From positions 2,914,001 through 2,978,000 of the forward strand of contig JBHGNT010000004.1 of NCBI GenBank assembly GCA_043228905.1: 64,000 bases of DNA. The letters run 5' to 3'. The number at the start of each line of letters is the position of its first letter. Positions within the stretch are counted from its first letter, which is position 1. The DNA comes from Azolla caroliniana (taxonomy: Eukaryota; Plantae; Polypodiophyta). The position numbers were made by a program, and so were the translations under genes. The notes below the pieces were generated by a model. It was not told the origin of the DNA and did not search any database. It saw only the letters and a list, made by a program, of their open reading frames with translations. Positions 50,124 to 64,000 of the stretch are shown in pieces.

Positions 50124-51356
50124 GCAGAATCTCCTTCTCGATTTTCAGTTCCTTCCTATCAAATTTCATAATGTTGCCATTCCTCAAGCCACACAAAAAA
50201 CTTGCTTCATTTACTTACACAAAATACAAATCTTACGACAATGAAAGTGGAAAGTGCGAAAACTATTATCTTGCTATTTGAATGGAAGAAGTGTATTTGT
50301 ATAGATATATCAATAGCCATGGAGATCGCATTTCTAGCATCAATGGACAAACTATTTTATTAGGTCACCTCAACAACAAATTGGAAATGTGATGACATTG
50401 GTGCACTTTGGTGCACTTTGGTGTTTAATAGCTTTTATGTATGATCACCATACTTCACAGTAACCGTCTCAACAATTAAAGTATGATTATGTGAGCGTGT
50501 AATTTAAAGGGAATGCGCAAAGGGTAAATAATTCAAAGTTCTTGTTACTAATTGCTCAAGGAGACCACGAGATGTTTCTCAACCACCAAAATACCAACAA
50601 CCATTAGTTTAAATCCTCACCTTATATCATGAAAAAAAATCCGGTACAACCATATTTTATTTTCACTTGTGTGCAAGTAATCAAAGAACTCCAAACTCTA
50701 TTGACCTAAAAGCTGTTCTTTTCAAGAAACTGAATCACAAACATTGAAGAAAGAAATGGCCTCTTATAAATCATATCAAATTTACACTTGTCACTAAGAT
50801 CTAACATGAACATTGGTTCCTAGAATCTTTCTCTTGTGTTTGATGGTTCCCACACTCTCCCATTGTGCACCTAATTTTACCCTGCCTTGTATCATGCTTA
50901 AACAGGAATAACAACATAGGTCGAAGGGTATGTAAGATTCAGTAAGAAGTGTGGAAATGACAATCCACTTCAAACCTCAACTCGAATCATCCATTCCATA
51001 CCATGGGAATTAAACAAGTTAATTGTTTTTTCTGCAATACTAAAACTACAAGCTGTTTTATTTCAAACATTCACAACTTATGTTTGAAACATATTGCCAA
51101 TGTTTTCACAAACACTTTTGGAGACCACCAATGTTTCGTTATCCCTTAACAAAGATCATATAAATGATTTAAACTAGCACCATATGAGATAGAAAACACA
51201 CACTGAAAATTAACAAAAACAACACTTGAACTCAGTTTCAAATATTTAAAGATTGTCTGATATCTGCAAAGGTATAATAAGTGCCGATAAAACCGACATG
51301 GTTTCTGTTCTATGAATTAGTCAGCATATTAATCCAACTTTTATGGCCTCAGGCCC

Positions 51357-54096
51357 CTATTCTTCCATGGCATCTCCTTCCACAATTGTAACTTTCTGTC
51401 CTAACGGAACCACTTTGGTTGAAAGCACAGCTGTAATCACCCAAAAAAAGCATCAAAATAAGTCGATCACAAATAAGCAACAAGTAAAAAAAACATTATC
51501 GCTGCGGTTTCATTGGGAAAAGTTTATCCCCTTGGATATTGGGTAGATAAAGATACAGTTAAGATGTTATCCAATACATATGATAACCACCGTACAATAT
51601 GCTGTTTAAACGAAAATGAGGGAGGACAACACACACCTGTATGTCCAATAGCAAAAGAATATCCTCGTTTACTGACATAACTCCGAGGATTAGGCTGTTG
51701 ATAATTCCTCAAATATTCCAGTTTTCCCTATCATATGATGCATTACTCACATTTAGCAACCCATACTTGTCATTTCTGAAACCATTACAAATAAGGTAAC
51801 ACATGCCTTGGTGATTATGCATAGATCCACATTACTCCCACTGCCCAAATCATTGAAAATACCAGAACAAATAGCAGCAGCTACAAGTGCCATCCCTTCA
51901 TCCTTCTGCACTCATTATAAAATCATGGTTAGCTTACCAGCTAGAGACAACTATGCTATTTTGCAACAGCATTCGAGACTTGATGTTGGAACACACCGTC
52001 ATGTCTTCCTTGTATCTCGATTCAAACATTGCCATTGCAGCTAAGGATCCAGACCCCATTGTTGCAAATGGGAGAGTATCAGTAGAGCCATGGGGATAAA
52101 CCTACAGATATTTGACCAAGAAGTGATAATATTAAGTGAGAAAATATTAAGTGACCAACCCAAATAAGATTTAGAAACACAGCTTACAGTATGCAAGTGA
52201 GGTCCAGTTGTATCATAACCGCCAAGAACTAAAGCGGCACTCACATGACCTTGATACCTGCATAAGATGAATAAGTCTATGATATCTGGAATATATTTCG
52301 TGTTCAAAGAAAAAATATATACTTTGAGTAACCTGAATAGGTGGGACTTCAGTAGTGTAAGTGCAGTAACAACTCTTGATTCACGACCTGTTGCATATCG
52401 ATGTAGCTCTAATTGGGAGCTTACCATGTCTGTAAGAGTGTATAAGATATCATGAATGTCTGCGCACTTTAATATTCTCCAAAGAAAAGATCCCTGTAAG
52501 AGCATGTACTATGCATGCACCTTGTGGATATATATGTGTATATATGCCATTATCTAATGCAAGCAATTGCAACATAATTGAATGCATCACTAGGCAATCC
52601 ATATTTACCACAAAGCATAGGAATGAAATGTTGAAGGAATTAATACCAGTCACATTTTCTGTGTCTGCAGCTGTACCAGCTCCACAACAATAGATGTTCG
52701 GAGCTAATTTATGTATTTTCTCACAATTCTTGTCAGCTACAATGGGTCCTTCAGTTGCTCTAGTGTCTGCTCCTAAAATGACACCATCCTTCAAGCAGCA
52801 CATCCCAAAAACAGCATTTTAAATTAAGAAAAAAAAACAATTGCAATGAAAACTTACATGCTATGCAAGGACATACTAGTAAAAGCATCCACCACAGAAA
52901 ACGAAAAGTGATAAGCTTTAAGCATTGAGATTTCAATCACAGAGATCTTCATGATTAATGCAAGACTTATTTTCTAAATCTACGGTGGAAAGAACTCTGC
53001 ACAGAAAAATGAAAGATGCTGATAGTTAAATATAGAAGGTTAACTCTCTTCCATTTGATAAGCTCAAAATTAACTTTTGCCTCTCTTTTGGATGAGTGCA
53101 AAAATACTCAAGGATGGAAAGATAGTTGACAAGTACCCTATAGGATATTTACCAGAACAGTTGCTTGAATACAAGCACTACTTAATTTCATTGCCATCTA
53201 TGAGATCAATTGTGGGCTCAGAGGGGACCTGTCTTATGCCAGTTTCTAATCTGGGATTCAATTCCAATGCTTGAACAAAGTTTATACTGAACTCTCCATT
53301 CCTTAGTATATTCAATAAGATCATATATAACTGGTCCTTGCTTCCCGCAAATTCCTAGATTAGGGTTTATCATTGTCCCCATCCTCGCCCCCATCTTGGT
53401 TCCTTACCCTTGTAAAGGTTGTGGTTCCTATATATGCATTGTCTTCCTCCTCTATATGTTTGTAAGCCCATAACCTTGTATTTTCTATCATCTCAGTAAA
53501 CAGTTACCGCAGCAAGAATAACTTGGAAGTGGAATTAGTTTTACAAGACCTGGACTTCTCTGAAAGATGATGAAACAAGGATTTTGGTGGAATGTACCCC
53601 ATCTCAAATATTTGAGATCCAACATTTGTTATGAGCTACTGAACCAGATCCTGTGGGATTCAATGCACTTCACCACATCTTATACCATTAAGTTTGTATC
53701 CTCTGTGTTTAAGGGGGGTAGGCAAAAGTGCAAAGAATTTGTATCCCTGTGTACCTTTACGGTTCTCATCCAACATCACGAAGTTTGCATCGATGACTAA
53801 ACAAAAGCACACCGAAATCCCTTTTTAAAAGTCCATTCATGTTATGAAATACCAAGGGGCTGGGTTTGGACAGGAAGTCTTGCGATGTGCATAAAAAGGA
53901 GAAAGCACCTTGACGACGGGAGGAAAACGAAATCCAACCAAAATCAGAGATTTACCTTGTAGATAAGGCCAACAATGGTGGTTCCCGTCTTCAAGAATTT
54001 GGTCTGGACACCTTTCTTCTCAAGCATAGCATTGCGAATGCATAGATCAAAGCTGAAGCCACCTTTCGCGGGGACGTCGACATCAGGTCTAGTCAT
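51357..54096 (-). CDS. PBB: 20S proteasome subunit beta-2 (beta type-7), 8 exons
   Basis: Exons 54096-53956, 52788-52647, 52429-52333, 52257-52188, 52101-51997, 51905-51807, 51727-51637 and 51430-51357. Motifs [11 protein letters not shown]|TTIVG (catalytic Thr), [34 protein letters not shown]. Confidence 0.95.
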
Positions 54097-54238
54097 GGCT
54101 ATGGAAGGAGGGGGAAGAATAAACCTGGGCTTGGCGGCGTCGAAAAGGCGCAGATTCAAGCTCTTCTCTGCTCCTACTCTGTTCTGTAGCTATACATACA
54201 AACAAACAGTATGCCTTGGTATGCAAGAATCCTGCATC

Positions 54239-54256
54239 TATGTGTATGTGTATGCA

Positions 54257-54299
<43 letters not shown>

Positions 54300-54311
54300 G
54301 CGTGTATGTGT
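54239..54311. repeat. (TGTATG)n microsatellite
   Basis: About 12 hexamer units just upstream of PBB. Confidence 0.9.
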
Positions 54312-54449
54312 GGACATGCTCAAAGTGCCTTTTGTGCGTCAGTGTTTGTGTGGAGCTTTTGCCCAACACTAATTTGAAGGTCTGGTCTGGACTCGGTCCA
54401 TCAATGACCCTCGGTTTGTTTGCCATGGTATATGTGTATGTGTATGTGT

Positions 54450-55317
54450 ATTGGCTAGTCAATTTTGGACCCATCAAGGGGTCACATCCGATTTTTTAGC
54501 AAAGTTTTGGAGGACATTATGGGCAAGGAAACAAGATATGAAAATAAATGTCTTCCGATGGCTAGTAATACATAGAGCATTACTGATCGACCAATGGTTG
54601 CAACAATCAGGTGGACCGATTGCATGCATCTATTGTGGTTGCCAGACGGAGACATTGAAACATTGCTTGTGAGAATGTCATGTTGCACGACAAGTTTGGA
54701 GAAGAGTGTTCCGAATTCTAACCTTTATGTCTAGGGATGGCGGTTTTTCCTGGGGGATGTGGTCATATGAAGCATGTCCAAATGATACGATCATTAGAAT
54801 TCAAAGAGGAAGGATAAGGGTGGTGCAATGAAGTTATATGGAAATTCCTTATATGTTAAAGGCAATGCAAGATGTATGGGAGCTGCTATGCACCACCACA
54901 ATGTGGTTTATTTGGATTGTTAGATGTTCTAAGGTGTTTGATAATACTACTATTCATCATGTGGAAAGTGTACCTGGATGCATATGGTGCATACATTGAA
55001 AGGGCGGTATGATGAATTTAAAGGTGAGATAGATGTTGCAATGTTGCAATGCCTCAATTTTATCACCTATTCGAACAAGGGCCCTTTTCTCACACTACAA
55101 AACACAAGATCGATATGATGCCTAGCACCACCAATTACATAACTAGGTTATTGAGTGGTAGAGTGTTGATGCTATCTATCCTTTAGGGATGGGAACCCAT
55201 GGAAGAGGGCAACATATCAAGGGAGGCTTGACGGTAGGTCAACATTCTTGTAATAATTGTTTATAAGTTATAACTAATGAAAGGATATTTTCATGGGAAA
55301 TTTAAATAAATAAATAA
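54450..55317 (+). mobile_element. 5'-truncated L1-type LINE (zf-RVT), related to 21896-23579
   Basis: FWRTLW..KINVFRWLVIHRAL..CIYCGCQTETLKHCL(W)EC..ARQVW and HTLKGRYD; (TAAA)n tail; 18-bp candidate TSD ATGTGTATGTGTATGTGT at 54432-54449 and 55318-55335. Confidence 0.8.
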
Positions 55318-57675
55318 ATGTGTATGTGTATGTGTGGACATGCTCGCAGCTCAATGTGCCTTGTGTGTGTGTGTGTGGAGCTTTTGCCCAACACTAATTT
55401 GAAGGTCTAGTCTTGACTCGGTCCATCAATGTCCCTCGGTTTGTTTGCCATGGTAGCGACTCTCGTATGAGTTGGTAATTCCCAAGTGTTGGCTTTTCCA
55501 ATCTTTGATGGTTGGTCTGGTCTCTTGGGAATCTCATCATTTTAAGCGTGTAAGTCTGCATCCAATATTGGGATGGTTTGACCCCTCGAGATGCCCCATA
55601 TTGTTGCCCTCTCATAGAACCCTAAGTGTCAACTTACGATCCATCCACATGACACCTACCATATTGCACTCCAAAGCTTCCAAATGATTGTCTTAATGGT
55701 TTGTTCAAATTATATATACTTCTATTAGGATAATCTTGTGGCCATTCTACTATGTTTCTTGGATTGTGGGGAATAGAAGGAAAAAAACATGCATGGGTGC
55801 AAGGAGGGAAATGGATGCATCTTGAATATTGTAATCTTGGAGACTTGTAAAGAACAACTCATCTCCCAATAAACATTGCTCTAGTAGAACATTCCCTCAA
55901 ATGTATATTGATAACATACCATCACAAAACACAATGTCTCTTTCTCATTCAACAATGCATGATTCAAACTTGTTCCAAATTCATGGGCAAGCATACCATG
56001 TGCAAACAAACTCGCCATTGCCTTCTCATACTACTATCACATTTTATTTAGACAAGATTGTATGTTCAATACTCAAACATACTACAAAAGAACACGACTT
56101 GAAGCATGTTGTGAAGTGGAGTGTACTAAACAAACACCTTTGATTTTACAACAATTTGGTAACGTACATCAAATTAATCTACTTCCATGTTCTTTAATTG
56201 AAGGTAGAACCACAACTAATTTATTGCAAAATAACACGTGCAATATTTATGTTATTCCCCCTGGCCAGCAGGTGCACCTTAAACAAACATCTTGGAATGA
56301 TTTGGCATAAGAGAGGCAATGAAATGCTTCCCATTCCTATGCTAAAACCACAACAATGCATTAATATATTGGAATTCGATGAAGATAGGAGAATTTTAAT
56401 AAGCGGACCGACTTACAAGTGTCAATGCATACAAGTTTTTATGTTTCTCAACTCGAAACTATGTTGATATATTGGAAAAGAGGCATAGTCCAAATGTTTG
56501 CCTAGTGGAGAAAACATACGAGAAGATTATAGAAAATTGACATTATTTAGTGAGGAGGTGGCATTTGATCTACCTGGGATACTTGCCACTTCACATTCCT
56601 TTTCGCGGTGTCTACATGAAAGTAATCAAAATTGTTGGAAAAGTACGTTGATAAAATAAGGCTCAATGCACACATACATAAATAGCCTCTAACAAAGGCC
56701 CCTTATTATAGGGTTGCCAAATAAAGGCTCAGTGGACTCTAATTTCCCACACACATAGAACTTATAACCACCATGGAAAACTCCTCATTCAAAATGTTTT
56801 CCAAACTATTTGCGAAGGAATTTTGCACCTACAATTATCACCTACTTCTACTCTCCTCTATTGGAATAACACACAAAAGACAAACTAAAACACAAAAAGC
56901 AATGACGAATCAACTCAACCAATATCCTCTGACACATATGGTTGCTAGCGTGCAACACTCCTACCCATGGAGCAAGAGATGCCCCCCCCTTAATCCATAT
57001 GTCTACAACGTAAATCTCATTTATTCACATCAATGTGATCGGCAAACCAATTTGTTATCGTTCATGGATCGTCAATTGAAATATTGCCCCTTGAATGGCT
57101 AATTTATAGACAACAGTTAGTTAGTTTGCCTCATCAATCGTTCGGTTCAATGTGTGGTATGGCAGAGATAAAAAATGTCATGCATGCAACCCAAAGTCTG
57201 GTGCACACGGAAACGTAGTTCAAAAATTGAAATAGGAGATTTCGAGAGCCTCGGAGCACGGGTTTGTAAAAACATGAGTTACCACTAGAGTTCAATGGAA
57301 TGAGATATGTACATATAGATGAGATGAGTTCATACAAGATTTGAACCCGGGAGCATGGGTCAGCAAAAATAGAAAATTAAAAGAAACAGAAAACAAACAG
57401 AGCAACATACAGAATTTCTGATACATACATACACACATTGTCTTCTGCTCTTGACTTCAGATATTGCAGAGGGATCAGGGATCTTAGCAGGTATGTGTCT
57501 TTCTCTCTGCACAGACAAGACCCTTCTCAAGTGCCTCCAAGTTTCTATCCTTTTCTTGGATTGAAAGAATCATTCTATTTGATCTCATGCACCTGTCATG
57601 TTTGTTGCTGCTCTAAATATAAAATAAAATCGCATCAGTTCCTTTGAAGATCTACTGAGAAAAGGATCATTCAAA

Positions 57676-63693
<6,018 letters not shown>

Positions 63694-64000
63694 TGCAAAT
63701 TTTGGGATCCAAAGAAGTGCTTCAGAATATTCTGTGAAATATATTGTAAGCTAAGAAATCAGAACGTAATTATGTGATTTTTGAAGAAGTTGAAAAGGAA
63801 TTTTTGCTTTGGAAGTAATAAAAATTTCAATGATATTCTAATTCTTCGTAAAACAAACAAGGCATCATTTTTTGGAATCACACCTTTACTCAACCGACCA
63901 CCCCTTGGAGTTAAACCATTAGAAATTTGATCATCAACATACAAATATTATGTCCAAACTTGGAGAAACTTCATACATCTGAATTATTTTTCTAAATACA

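Noticed and set aside
53270-53510. Possible solo LTR in PBB intron 1
   Set aside because: It has a TATA-like core, but no clear TG..CA ends with TSD and no second copy in the window.
55460-57100. Cys-rich short ORFs suggesting a SWIM/MULE transposase remnant
   Set aside because: Motifs are too fragmentary to support a call.

Overview
Eukaryotic, AT-rich, intron-containing land-plant nuclear DNA; a non-seed plant is plausible from the TE content, but that is inference. Six host genes are supported: a SIAMESE-related CDK inhibitor (12474-13340,+), NRS/ER rhamnose-synthesis epimerase/reductase (19028-20208,+), an MRNIP-like gene (42466-45286,-), SR45a (46933-49535,-), proteasome beta subunit PBB (51357-54096,-) and V-ATPase subunit B (57676-63693,+). 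The centre is a nested pair of Ty3/Gypsy LTR retrotransposons. The older, decayed element A (23633-41010,+) has 486-bp LTRs, a 5-bp GATAG TSD and a long extra 3' ORF. The young, intact, GC-rich element B (32232-39561,-) has 800-bp LTRs, a 4-bp ACGG TSD and a tRNA-Trp PBS. LINE, Copia and tandem-repeat remnants fill the rest. The most striking observation is that element A has no polypurine tract: in its place is an inverted copy of its own primer-binding site, a tRNA-Arg-like 3' end finishing in CCA, which suggests dual-tRNA or self-priming replication. Element B has a fungal-like pol and a predicted -1 frameshift after the protease. All coordinates, counts and family assignments were made by eye and from memory; no searches were run.
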